This document shows positions 1-11,690 of a stretch of DNA of 64,000 bases, piece after piece. Both the position numbers and the translations under genes were made by a program. The notes below the pieces were generated by a model that saw only the letters and a program-made list of their open reading frames with translations, was not told where the DNA came from and made no database searches. Numbering within the stretch: the stretch's first letter is position 1; every line of letters starts with the position of its first letter. This DNA is from Dicyema japonicum (Eukaryota; Animalia; Dicyemida). Where the stretch lies: assembly GCA_011109175.1 (NCBI GenBank), contig RDEW01000058.1:212978-276977 (forward strand), read 5' to 3'.

Positions 1-599
1 CGTTTCCAATCCAATTAAGTCGTTGTCCACTTCAAACGAGTCACCTTCTCTTTCAATCAAGTCACCTTCAACTTTAAATAATTCATTATTTTTTTTAAAG
101 CAAAATTTACAAAAAATTAAAAACCAAAGTATATGTTTTAAAAGAAAATTGAAAATTTAGACTTAATTTAAAATAATATGCAATCTTCTATACTCTTTAA
201 CTTTTTTTAACATGTGTCTAAAAATTTCAGCACAATCGTCTTCAGTTATCGTCTCGAGACCTTCATTAATCAAATTAGGTTGACCTTAATAATAATTTCA
301 TTTAAGCAAGGTATTTATGTTCAATTTCAGAGAGTTTTCAAAACACCAGGAAATATGACGTCTCTATAGATTATCCGCAAAAGACTGAAATTGTACTCAG
401 TCTCAGCGAGAACCGCGGAAAATATTGACGAATAACTTTATTTAGCAATTCAAAGCATTAAGGAATTATATTTCTCGTCAATTCAAGATTCCCCCAGAAT
501 CACTAAACTGTAGTGTAAATTACAGGATCTATGTTATGAAATATGTTTCAATAACACAAAAATATTTTATAATAAAAATACAAAAATCAATCAAAAATG

Positions 600-760
600 A
601 TCCCCGTTGTGTTTCCTCTCAAGATCAACTGGATAGGGAAACGAGTCTCACGTGTGTCGTAGCTTTTTAGTGTAGCCATGAGTACCGGCTTATTTATATA
701 ACTTTACAGTTGGATCAGTCACTTGTTCATACCAAGCTAAACATCCTCTTCATATACAAT
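600..760 (-). mobile_element. Decayed RTE-type LINE endonuclease fragment
   Basis: About 50 bp (caactgga...gtctcacgtg(t/c)gtcgt(a/g)gcttttta(g/a)tgta) is shared with the APE-domain end of the LINE at 4415-4470. Confidence 0.4.
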
Positions 761-1614
761 ATCAAGCTTATAAGATCATCAATAGAAGTTCAGAACTCAA
801 ATAGAAGTGCAGAACCGGGGCTAAGTGATGAAAAATTCGTTGAAATCGTTTTATAGGCGTCTCATTCTCTGACGTGAATCTCAAAAAAACCACGACAGTG
901 ATCTTTTGTAATTAAGACAACGGCAGAACGCACTTTGTCTATTGTAAAGCATAAAATTACTTTAGTGAGTTCAAGTCGAGGATAAGGTTGTCCACAGTGG
1001 AAATTGATTATCAGCGTATCTTTTGATCGTTTCATGGGCTTCTGGAATTAAATGAGAGAAGTAATCTGCTATTTCACTTTTTCCTCATCACTATGGTCAC
1101 TTTCCTTTATTTGAATTCCTCATAGAAAGATGACATCAATTCATCCATAAAGTTTTTGTCATTGATTTTTACGCCACTACTCAAGACCACAACAGATGAG
1201 GTTGAAGAATTTATAGGAATTTGGGAGTTTATCCCAAAAAAGTGAATCCGATCAAGTTGATTGATGTCCATTATAACAATCGTCGTGAATAATACAGTTT
1301 TTGAGTGTACTAAGGAAGACCTGAATCCAGCTTTCACCCGCACAAAGTCGCAAATAATGAACAATCTTTAAATTTAAAAAAACAATATTTTATACTTTAA
1401 TCAAGTAATCATTCGAAATTTTACGAATAATAATAATAACAGACCACGGTTGCACAAACTAACGAATACAGCAACTTAAGAAAGATTAATTTTTAAATTA
1501 AAAAAATATATAAATAGTTTTTTATAGTAAAAATATCCATCTGATTTGAAAGTGAAAGCAACATAATTTTTTTTACAAATAAATTAATTTATTACTGAAA
1601 AAAGTGAGCAAATG

Positions 1615-1800
1615 GTCATACAGCGGCCGCTTTGACTGCGTGGCTATTCCCTCTCAAGATGGGCGTTGAGCCAGTCAACGCTCTCAGAAGATGCCTTTGT
1701 CACAAATAGGCACTGCGATGTCAGATAGATGATACTAGCAGATCTTCAAAAGAATACCGGCATACAGCATCGTCCAGGCCTCGATGAAAGAACATGGAAG
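1615..1800 (-). mobile_element. CRE-clade LINE 3' end remnant
   Basis: Minus strand reads ...ILRGNSHAVKAAAV*; near-identical to 47770-47815; matches the CRE C-terminal LAIxRGN motif. Confidence 0.6.
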
Positions 1801-2489
1801 GTAGGGCAACATAATTAAAATTAATTTTAATCAAAAACGCTTAAGGCCAGGTTATTTCATCTGAAAATAGTTCTTGAGGTACTCTCTAGAAACCATCCAA
1901 TCTCACCTAGATCCTTGGTGATCCTTAGGATCCGACGGACTAGGTCGTCCGTTTGTGCGACATGGATTCCTGCCATCTCAAAAGCAGAAGAGACTAGAAT
2001 ACCTTATTACAAACGATTTGGATGTCCACAACAACTAAACTCAACCAAAAACAATATGGTTTACATAACCAGTTATTCTGAGATCTCCAAATGGCTCAAG
2101 AACCAAAAAAGAGGACTCTGTATCTTCGCATTTGCAACGAATTATCGTATCGATTCTATTAGTCATCAATAGAGCTGTTGAGTTTGTTAAATGATGAGAG
2201 AGGAACAATTTTTTGCATTCTTGTAATAGGTAGACTGCATGAATGCAAGAAAGGGGTTGAAAAGTTAAATGAACACTCAATGTGCCATTGATTGATAAGG
2301 CATATTGGGTCACTAGTATGGGTGACATCTTACTTGTGTTCTAGGGGTTAAATAGGAAATCAGTAACCATTTCCGAAAGTGTGGTCCATAAAGACATTGA
2401 ATACTTGACCATAGACCTCCTGAGATCATTTCTGCTCTCGAAAGCCGCTCTCGAAAGCGCTGCTCTCGAAAGCCGTCAAAGAGACTCCC

Positions 2490-2645
2490 ATGTCTAGTCC
2501 AGCTCTGAATGGAAGATATGTTCGAGATCTCCTTGCTTATCCTAGGCCATCAGGACTATCGTGAAAGTGGATCCAATGACGCCAACAGAGCAAGGAAGAT
2601 GAATTTTCAACCAATTAGCCACACAAGACGAAACGCGGCCCGAAA
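2490..2645 (-). repeat. Diverged copy of the non-coding dispersed repeat (family of 54865-55180)
   Basis: Reverse complement gccgcg...gtggctaattggttgaaa...ggcgtcattggatccactttcacg aligns to the 5' half of the family. Confidence 0.55.
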
Positions 2646-2899
2646 AATTGAATTAAACAATAAATTTATAAATTTAATAAAACTAAGCAGATTTATTAAA
2701 ATAAATAGATAAAAATAATCAACAAGTTATACGTCTAACTTACTATTTTAATATTAATCAAACAATAAGTATTTATTTTTATTAAATAAATAAAAATAAG
2801 TAAAAGTAATTATTTTATAATACACGTTTAACTCAATCTTCTCTTCTTGGGGCTAATCCCTATTGCTTTTATAGGCATGTTACGTCGCTGTATTTCCCA

Positions 2900-3120
2900 C
2901 ATTCAGAGACTACCCTAGGTTGACATTCCATCAACAGGCATCGGTACTTCATGCCTCCCCTCAGCTTGTATACTCTCCAAAGTCTTCCGTAACACTAACA
3001 TCTGTATGTAAGCTTTGTCCCTTTCCTCACCTTGAAAGCATCCAGGTAGCCTTTGAAGAATCTGGAGACAATTTCATCCCAAGTGATGACCAGAAGGATT
3101 AATTTCACCTTTGCGTGAGG
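2900..3120 (-). mobile_element. R4/Dong-like (RLE-type) LINE 3' end, diverged
   Basis: Translates as KVKLILLVITWDEIVSRFFKGYLDAFKV..AYIQMLVLRKTLESI, homologous to copies at 47255, 53275 and 58270. Confidence 0.55.
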
Positions 3121-3174
3121 ATAATCTCAAGTTCGTTAACTTTATGAGCTAATCCTTATTATTATAGGTTCTTC

Positions 3175-3312
3175 CGCGTGGTTAATTGGATGAACGTCTT
3201 ACTTTTTATGCTGATTTCGGATAGACTTTGTTTTTGTGGAAAAGGAAACTGGATACACTTAATCTAGTTTTTTACTTTAACTTTTTTCTCGGTGAACCCG
3301 GGGTTAATAAAT
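3175..3312 (+). repeat. Internally deleted copy of the non-coding dispersed repeat
   Basis: cgcgtggttaattgg is joined directly to the ...gaaactggatacacttaat...ctcggtg..ggggttaataaat 3' end seen at 55117-55180. Confidence 0.7.
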
Positions 3313-3349
3313 TAAAATTAATTTAATTATTATAAGCAACAACATAGAA

Positions 3350-4600
3350 TCATATTTAGTGCCAAACTCCGCCGACTACTATGTCTTCACCGTTCCCTAG
3401 TAATCTGTTTACTGGTCTCAAATCTCCACTAAGGACTTAAGGAAGCGTTATACGTAGACGCCCTATGACTTTTTCCACGTTTCAAAGAATTTGTTTGCTG
3501 GCGTATCTCATTTCATTCTTAGAATTTAACCAAACAGTTTCCACCTCATGATCAGAGTGTTCAGGGGTCCAGAGGAGCATCTTTTGTTACACGCATTGGC
3601 CAGTTTAATCCCAAGAGAGATAAAAGTTGCTTCTTATGAAAGGAGTTGAGCCTTTGTCTTTTGGTTTTCGAAATTATCCATGTTCCAGAGTTATACGTAA
3701 GGATCGGTTTCACGAAATCCTCATACAATCTGACTCGGAGTGATGGGCAGACTGGACGCCTTTGGATCCATCCTTTCAAAATGTTCTTACTACAGTTTTC
3801 GGTACTGCGTGGTTCTAATTGAGACCATTTAGCTAGGCGGTCTGCTGCTACCTCCAGGAGATGTCGAAGTGCATCTTTATTACTTGAGACAAAGTCAACA
3901 TCAACGGGGTAAACAATTTCCATAATATTGTCGCTGTAATACTTCCGGAGATCTCGTAGACCATATTCAATGTACGCAGCTAACAATACCAGAAGAGGGA
4001 GTCTCCTAGAGGTGTGCCTGCTGTTGTCACGATTTTCCAATAAGCACTCGCAACACCGTGTTTGATAAGAGTATCCGTATTAAGGTGACCGAGTCCGGAT
4101 CCAGGAAGGTTTCCAGGACTTCAATGAGTTTTCCTCGACGGACAGTGTCCAAAGCTTTGGTGAGATTAATTCCTGCGGGAAGCGGTATGGCTGAGGCAAT
4201 GAATTGGGATTGCAGTTGTCCACGGAAACGCTTACTCCGTAATGTCAGCAGCCGCTCTTCCCCGATATTGTTAATAAATAATATTTTATTGTTAAATAAA
4301 TCAAAATTTATTTAACCAACATAAATTTATTTTTTTATTTAACACTGCCATCCATCCAAAGTGGACCTCGCCGACATTATCGACGTTGGATTGCCTCTCA
4401 CGATTGCAACAAAATCAACTGGAGAAGCCACCGGGTCTCACGTGCGTCGTGGCTTTTTAATGTAACTAGGCGTCCAAATTTCTGTAGGAAGCGAAGCGAT
4501 TTTCCACTTATTCCTCCAGTTGTCTCGACCACAATTGGAAAAACGCGAATCGGTCGCGATGCGTTTATTGTTAAATAAAATGTTAAGCATAAAAAATAAA
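3350..4600 (-). pseudogene. Degenerate RTE-type LINE (APE end, large deletion, RT C-terminal half)
   Basis: TKALDTVRRGKLIEVL (RT DxSKAFD region) and LRVRLYEDFVKPILTYNSGTW, homologous to 27749-27973; AT-rich island at 4269-4334 sits at the deletion junction. Confidence 0.8.
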
Positions 4601-4649
4601 AATAAATAAGAAAAACATCGTTTAAGTTTTATAAAAATCCTTGAAATTC

Positions 4650-5320
4650 TAAATTCGAGCATTAGGTAACGCGTAGCGCCTGTGACATAATGGAAAAAAC
4701 CACCGGAAACTGACATAAATTGATACTTTTTTCACCTGAAATTCTTGGTCACTTCCTCCAATGGAATTTCAAAGTTTTCATGATTAAGTCCTGCAAATAT
4801 AATAATGGACAATTACTTTAACAATGAGAACAAACCATCGTTTAGAGGAAGACCCAGAGTCATTCTACCCGTGGCTCTGAACAAGGATCTTAATGGAATA
4901 GGAAGAAAACTTAAATCTCCAGAAGTCGAACCGCTCTCCAAATGGACCTGGAATATTCTCTTATAGTGGATGGTTTTTAAGGTGACGTAAAGGGAGCTCT
5001 TGTTAAGTTGGTTAATTATAGGAGTGACTCCAAGAATCTTTTGTTGAACGACGATAGCCTCCGCGCCATGTTGTTAGCATGATTTTCGGGCTCGATGGAT
5101 GACCCGAAGCGGATTCATCCTTTTAAGGAGAAGAAACGCCGTGAGGTTACTCAGACGTACCGATCCCATCGAAATCAAACGTGGTCTTGAGTCAACTGAG
5201 TACCCGTCTTTGATAGAGCCCTCGTGTTTCACAACTGAGAAAAGATAAGGATGACCTTTACATGTTTTCACAAGTAAGATCTCTTGTTTGGGAAATGTGG
5301 GTGGCTTCATTCACTGATAA
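4650..5320 (-). pseudogene. STRAD/STLK-like pseudokinase, degraded or highly divergent
   Basis: Collinear motifs QEILLVKTCKGHP, GSIKD, LISMGSVRLSNL, RVIH, VVQQKILG and LNHENF resemble STRAD subdomains; two 26-nt GT-AG intron-like segments near 4710-4810. Confidence 0.4.
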
Positions 5321-5946
5321 TCTGACTGCCCAATTGCCTACTCTACCGAAGAGAGGGAACTGAAGACATACTCGGCCCCTGTATCTCCTAAAAGTGACTC
5401 TAAAAAGTGGTATTAAGAGCCAGGAGTTAGTTTGGTCACCCTTTGTCTTTGGAATAATTTTTAATTTTTAGCAGAGTAATTTTGAAAAATTTGATGCGAC
5501 GTTAACCAACTTGATTGAAATGTTGAAGAACAAGTAAATTTGACACATTTAAATCAACGATCAACATTATTAAGGAATGGAAGACATTTCTGGAATTTTC
5601 TTTCGAAATGGAGAAATTGGAATCTGAAGATTGGATTTAATTCAGGTTTGCTTGTAGAATTAAATTGTAAGACAAATACTGGTGATTTTGCCGATCTAAT
5701 AGACTCGTGGAGTAAACGACTAGCTAAAGAAGAGAAGTCGGGAGTAATTATTAAATTAACCAAGGAAATTGACAATTTAAAAGTTTGTAGTAATTTCTAA
5801 GAGCATTCTAATAATCGATTCCATACTTTAAATGGCTTGTTGGAGAAGACCTGGCTTATCTTTTTTAATTTTTAAACGACTTTAGTTCCTTAAAATGAGT
5901 AGGCTCGGGTGTCTACCCGCACGCATTAAATGGGACGATCCAACAA

Positions 5947-6175
5947 CCTCACTAAATCATTCATCGGTAGTAGCGACGGGTGATGTGACAAAGGGCTGGG
6001 ACTTAATCATTGCAGGTTAATGACTTGCGATTACTAAGAATTCCTTATGCACGAGGAATAATTACAAACCTCGATTCCTGTCACGAAGAAATTTTTGTGT
6101 TGCTGCTTTTTTTGCCAAGCAAGACACCCACTGCTATCTTTGTTGTAGCGCGTATGCAGCCCCAAACGTCTAAAG
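5947..6175 (-). rRNA. Orphan 18S rRNA fragment (3' region), pseudogene
   Basis: Reverse complement contains ggggctgcatacgcgctaca, ggaattcttagtaatcgcaagtcatt and gattaagtcccagccctttgt..cccgtcgctactaccga-tgaatgatttagtgagg, with substitutions in universally conserved positions. Confidence 0.9.
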
Positions 6176-6428
6176 TCAATGTTACTTCACTATATTCTGG
6201 TTTTTTGGTTTAACTTGGTTCTTAAAAAGTATGTTCAAGTGGTTGAACGAAACGTCTGATGACATCGGATCTGAAGGTCTGGCTGGGATCGAATGGAGTT
6301 TTCAACGAAGGTCAATTCTTTTCAAACAAATCCCACCCATGAGGCGACGAGTCCTTCTGCGCGATACAGTAGTTGAAATGAATCTTTCTACCTTCTACCT
6401 GACCAAATCCTCTGGTGAAGATTACATT

Positions 6429-6570
6429 ATGAAAACTATTCCGCCGAATAATGAAGAGATGTCTGCGACGGTAGGACGTGTGATGAAAATGGAATAGGGT
6501 GGTTCTACTTTTCCATCTCTCTTCTGAAGTGGAAGCATGTAATGTACTATTGGAAGATGTATTTGGTCGA
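6429..6570 (+). repeat. ~140-bp dispersed duplicate, copy 1 (copy 2 at 7860-7997)
   Basis: atgaaaactattccg...gcgacggtaggacgtgtgat...gaagc(a/c)tgtaatgt(a/g)ctattggaagatg..tttggtcgac. Confidence 0.8.
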
Positions 6571-6589
6571 CACAAGCAGATGTTCTCAT

Positions 6590-7420
6590 TTTGATAAGAG
6601 AATCCACAGAGTGTTGAGGGTTAATGACCGAATATCCGTATTTCAGATTAAAAGTAGGAGGACAGATAATTCCTTTATATCCTCAATGGCTGGTTTGTCT
6701 ATAAACCCTGATGAACTCGATTTGTTTTACATGTAACTAACGGATACCGTCTCTGATTTTAAAGCCTCGTTATGACCTTTTTAGTGGAGAATGGAATGCA
6801 AAAGTGGTCATTGATTTGGAAAGAACCCTTTATGGGCGGGCATTCTAGCGGGGGAAAAATATGTCAGGATTGCTTTTTGTACAGTCATGTAACGTGGTTG
6901 ATCACTTTATTTAAAATCGGTATTCTATCATAATAGGGGACATAAGATTACATGGACTGGACTCTGAAAAGATAGGATGGAGATTACATTCACAGTCAGA
7001 AAGACTATGTACAATGAAAAGGATCTCTTCGTGCGTTAATAACAGCTTTCCTCAGCTATGTTGTAAAATGCTAAAGACCCCCACATCTGTGAAAAAGTAT
7101 TTCAGAATAGATGGAGATAGAAGGAGAGATTTGATCTTTTACAGTGGAAGCTTATGCTTATGGGAGAAGACGTGTGGAAATCACTGTATGGCGATTAAGA
7201 AGGAGATTGCGGACATAAATATGGAACTCCTCAAGCGATGACTTGGAATCTACTGTTGAAGGAATAAAGAAAGCAAGTTTCGATTTGCTTGGGAAAAAGG
7301 GCTGCAGGATTTAAAGGAGTCTTTGATCTCAAAATTTAACCATTATCTTACGAAGAGAAAGAAATCGTATGTCAAGGAGATTAGAAGGGTGAAAAAAAGA
7401 ATTTATGTCAAAAACTGACG
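6590..7420 (+). mobile_element. Degenerate RTE-type LINE endonuclease region
   Basis: RVNDRISV, NPDELDLFY, SGEWNAKV and HKITWTG motifs; same family as 49450-50590. Confidence 0.7.
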
Positions 7421-7435
7421 AATGTGTCTGTGGAA

Positions 7436-7620
7436 TTGCTACAACTAATCCAAAAAGTAATACAAATATTACAAAAACTACTACATCCCATGATACTATA
7501 ACTATTCACAACTATTACATCTCAGACTACAACTACTCCAAAACATGACATCTATGACTACAAATACTCCAATAACTACAACATCCCCTGATACTATAAC
7601 TACTCCAACAACTCTGGACA
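7436..7620 (+). repeat. Thr-rich (mucin-like) low-complexity coding-type repeat
   Basis: Repeated act/aca codons; TTNTPITTTSPDTITTPTT; frameshifted. Confidence 0.5.
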
Positions 7621-7859
7621 TTCTTTGCTTCTGTAACGTAGTTTATAATAATAATTTTGGCAATGTCGTTTTTGGTAACGCAGTGAAAATCGTCAATAGT
7701 GTATATTTATTTTTATTTATTAAAATAAAATTATTTCGTATTTTAAAATCGTTAAAATTGATCAATGCACATAAATGGCATAGTCATACTATTTGACCTT
7801 GATGTCATATATTGAACTGCGTACTTTCCCTGAACAAATTTTCTAGTACAGAAAATAAT

Positions 7860-7997
7860 ATGAAAACTATTCCGAAGAATGAAATTATGTTCGCGACGGT
7901 AGGACGTGTGATAAAAATGAACGAGGACGGACTTACCTATCCACCCCTTTCTGAAGCGGAAGCCTGTAATGTGCTATTGGAAGATGGATTTGGTCGA
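7860..7997 (+). repeat. ~140-bp dispersed duplicate, copy 2
   Basis: Open frame MKTIPKNEIMFATVGRVIKMNEDGLTYPPLSEAEACNVLLEDGFGRP; homologous to 6429-6570. Confidence 0.8.
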
Positions 7998-8384
7998 CCG
8001 CACTGAATACTAAGAAGGCCTACTATCTACAAGTTATTTTACTGTTTTCATCCAAGTAGACATTAATTAGAGGTACATCACTTAAATTTATTAAAAATAT
8101 CTTTTAACAATCATTGATTTATTAAAATAAACACGTGTGTAATTTAAAATATGTGAACCCTCTACTAAAAGAAGGTACATATAAGTAGTCAACATCTTCC
8201 ATGTCCTCTACTTTGAATATTCTTGCTCTCTTAAGTCTACTCCATCCGTTTCCTCTCAGTCCACATCTTAGAAGACTTTGGTCCTCGTTTTGCTTAATCT
8301 TCAGTTTCTTCTTCAACAAATCCACACTCGGCATTGGTTTCTCTCCTGAAGCCATCAATATTGAGTCCCTACATATGTCATTAT

Positions 8385-9648
8385 TAGGGCAAGTTGTTTC
8401 TAGCAGTTAAAAAATATTTTTTTAGCGCTAAAAAATCACAAAATCTAGCAATTATAATTATAAAAATTAGCACTTAAAATGATAAAATCTAGCATTTAAA
8501 ATTGTAAAATCTATAACTTAAAAAATAAAATATAACATTTAAATTTTATTTATTGTAATATAATTTCGGATATGCACACTTTATACGTAAAATCGTATTG
8601 TGTAACAGATTAGAAACATGTTGTTGTACATGACCATTAATGTTTTACCACCTATTTATTTAAATAAATTTATATCACCAGAAATCATATACGGAGTGGC
8701 ATCTGAAATTAGTAGATAAAAATTGTCACGAATAATCTTCATTTCTCTAATGACGTCATCTATTAATTGGCAGATGATAGCAGCAGTGGCATGATTTTCC
8801 AGTGTATTGCATTCAACCAAATAGGATTTTGTTGGAAAGCGAATGCTCCCAATTAGAATCACTACAAAACTTTTCCTTCGGATATCTGTTTCATCAATTA
8901 TTATAAAAATCTTTTCTTTTTTTAAGTTGAAAATAAATTTTAATACGTTAATAATTTTGTTAACTCATTTATCTTTTTTCTGCAAAAATTGACCGTAGTT
9001 CTGCATGAAAATTCGAAGGAATGTTAATTTTAAATGTTTTAAACACTTTTTTGATCGAATCGTTATTTAATTTGTACAGCGGGATGTTTGCTTGTACAAA
9101 AGCTTCCGTGATCGTTTCATTAGCCGAATCTACTTGGATTGATTCAGTTAATTTTGTTTGAACTGAATTACATGAATGACCTACAATTGTATTAACAATT
9201 TATACGCATATTGTTCTGATGTTTTAAACAAGAACGATGAGAATCAACTGAAAATTTTTTTGAACAGTTGACTTTGGATTAACGAAGAGAACAAATTAGA
9301 AGGCCATCGTCAGCAATACAGAACTCATCTTGAATTCCGAGACTATACGATTAGCTTTCTTAAGCAACGAACACTTGGGTTTTGGCATCACTAAAATACT
9401 ATATAGCGTGCTAAATTATTTTATTTAAATTATTTTATTATCATTTTATGGGTGATATAAAAATGATTTTTTAATGCAATTTAAATTAGCATTTAAAAAA
9501 AAACTTAGCATTTAAATTAAAAAAAGCACTTATAGCATTATAATGTATGTTCTTTTTAACAAAATTAAAAAATAATAATTCCAAATTCTATTTTATATTA
9601 AAATAAGTATAAAAAATAAAAATAGCATTTAGCACTTAAATTGCCCTA
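8385..9648 (-). mobile_element. hAT DNA transposon, internally deleted (1264 bp)
   Basis: TIRs tagggcaa(g/t)tt; perfect 8-bp TSD gtcattat at 8377-8384 and 9649-9656; subterminal tagca(c/t)tta repeats; transposase remnant KSYLVECNTLE...FYLLISDATPYM. Confidence 0.92.
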
Positions 9649-10276
9649 GTCATTATCTTCCATTTTGTTAGCAGTCTCTTCATCACTCTTTTCCCTAGTT
9701 CTTTTGACTTTATACGTCGAGATACCCCCCTTATATAATTCATCCAAAAACATTCCTCCTCCTCACTTTTATCAATATTTTATGTTTTCTTTTCGAATAA
9801 TTTACGACCTTTGGCATCACCTCCTTTTCCGCATCCTCACTATGTATTGGTTCCTCATATCTTTTATTTGTTCTCTCTTCTTCGCAATCCTCGTCTTACC
9901 TAACTCTAAAAATAAGCCAAGGGTCATTTTTATAATTAGAAACTGTCCTTCAGTTTATCGACAAAGTTGTGGTTTATTATTGTAGGTTTGGTCACCGGTA
10001 TAAAACTGAAAATATTTGTTTGTTGATTTGTTGTTATTTAAGTCATATTTACATATTCTATCAGAATTATGCATAAATTTATGTTTGTATTTCTCTAAAA
10101 ATGAAAATTGCTGATAACCGATAACCAGTTTATCAATTTCAATTGAAAATAATGCCTCTGGATAATTTTTTGTAATCTTGGAGATTGAGGTAGTTTGTTG
10201 TTAAAATAGTGTCAATTAAATGATTAACCTCGTACAGATCTCGTTGAATATATAAGCATTGATGACATTCTTAAAG

Positions 10277-10619
10277 TCATTAACTAAATTTTTTTTTTTT
10301 TTTTTTTTTTTTAAATCAAGAATTTATTTATAACAAAAAAATCGTTCTAAAGTCCAGCGGATATGATCGAGTGGCTGTTACCTCTGACTACTGCCAGGGA
10401 ATATCTTTGGAAAAAGCCACTCGGTTTCCCGACGCTCCTCGAGGCTTTGGTCAATAGACACCAAGTGCTCTAAGGAAAGAGACCGTCTTGGGGCCAAAGA
10501 CTCCGCTCGTCTCGACGACCACTGGCTGTATATGAAACGGTTTATGAGGCTGCTGTATTTCTTTTTTTTTTTTTGAAAACTCGAAGATAAAGAAATACAG
10601 CAGCCTCATTAACTAAATT
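10277..10619 (-). mobile_element. 5'-truncated, 5'-inverted CRE-clade LINE insertion
   Basis: T24 tail (10289-10312); 14-bp TSD tcattaactaaatt (10277-10290 and 10606-10619); PVVVETSGVFGP...SLAVVRGN; 21-bp inverted repeat at 10544-10564/10589-10609. Confidence 0.88.
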
Positions 10620-11289
10620 ACATTGAAATCTGAGATGTGACTTATATTTAATTTAAATTATTTAAAAAAAAATATTATTAATATTATTAATTTCTTATGA
10701 GCTTTTTTTTCTGTTGATCATAGTGGAATATATCCTTCGTACTGAGTTATGAATTTATTTATTTATTAGCTATGAATGAACTCAATAGAGAGGATAATGA
10801 TAACTCGAGCCCAGTGGTGTTTGGCATACTGGATATTGGAAATTGATACAATAGTCATGAATTCGGTTTCTCAATGGAGAACAGGACTATTATTAATAAT
10901 GCCTTTGTTTGAATGAATGGTCACTATTAATAAGTACTTTGTTATTTTAAGGTAAATTCACGAATCAACGGATTTATGGAAATACTTTAATTCGTAAGAA
11001 CCGAGGGTAATTATGATCATCCAGTATTATACATGCTTATTTGGGTTTTAGAGAGGAACATTTGGTCAAAAATAGGAAGGAGCTTGAACTTGTCAAAATC
11101 AAGTGATTAGTCAGTTTGGTTTTACTTTGGTCTTGTGAGGTGGGAGTGCAAATTGTTTTTATACAATACGGTTCTCATTATTCAGAAATGCTCTCGGGAG
11201 GATAGTAGTATCAGTTGAAGGATTTGATCTTTACAGAATCCATAATTGAGTAAACCCAAGTATCTTCATTGTACTGGATTTGTCAATTG

Positions 11290-11690
11290 TTAGTTAGTTA
11301 GTTAATTAACCCAGATCTCACTAACTTGTGGAGACCAACGGCTATAAAATCTGACATCGCAGATGACGGTCGCTATCATATATTGGTCAACTTGGTATGG
11401 TAGACGAACAGCGTTAAAGAGATCAAAAGGTTATTTGCTGTCAACTCGGAGAGGTTGCAAAAGGAACAAAGAAAATTTTTTACATTATCCAGTTTGCCAA
11501 CGTCGGTCGATAGGGATGGTCCCCACATCGTTTACGAGTCAAGTTTACCCGGAGATCCTTCGGAAGAGAGGATTCTGAATAGTCAAGTAGAGGAAAAGTC
11601 GATGTAGTATTTAATCGTCGAGTCTTTAACAAATTCAACGTGAAAGTAACTCTGTAAAACTCAGGAGTAACTATTCGAAAGCGCAAATCT
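11290..11690 (-). mobile_element. Jockey/I-like LINE 3' end
   Basis: SESSLPKDLRVNLTRKRCGDHP, homologous to 23088-23270 (TESSLPGYVQVKLASQLCGHHPSLPTY) and 42760-42800; (TAAC)n tail. Confidence 0.65.

Noticed and set aside
240-1370. Possible micro-intron genes at the window start (e.g. gtatttatgttcaatttcag at about 309-328)
   Set aside because: I could not assemble a consistent multi-exon frame, so support is too weak to call.
2434-2474. Triple gctctcgaaagc(c) repeat, and similar short direct repeats (14009-14068, 20750-20833)
   Set aside because: These look like local slippage duplications with no associated feature.
4269-4334. AT island as a ciliate-like internal eliminated sequence or micro-MITE
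   Set aside because: The ends are only loosely inverted, there is no TSD or TA boundary, and removal does not restore the LINE because a large deletion coincides with it.
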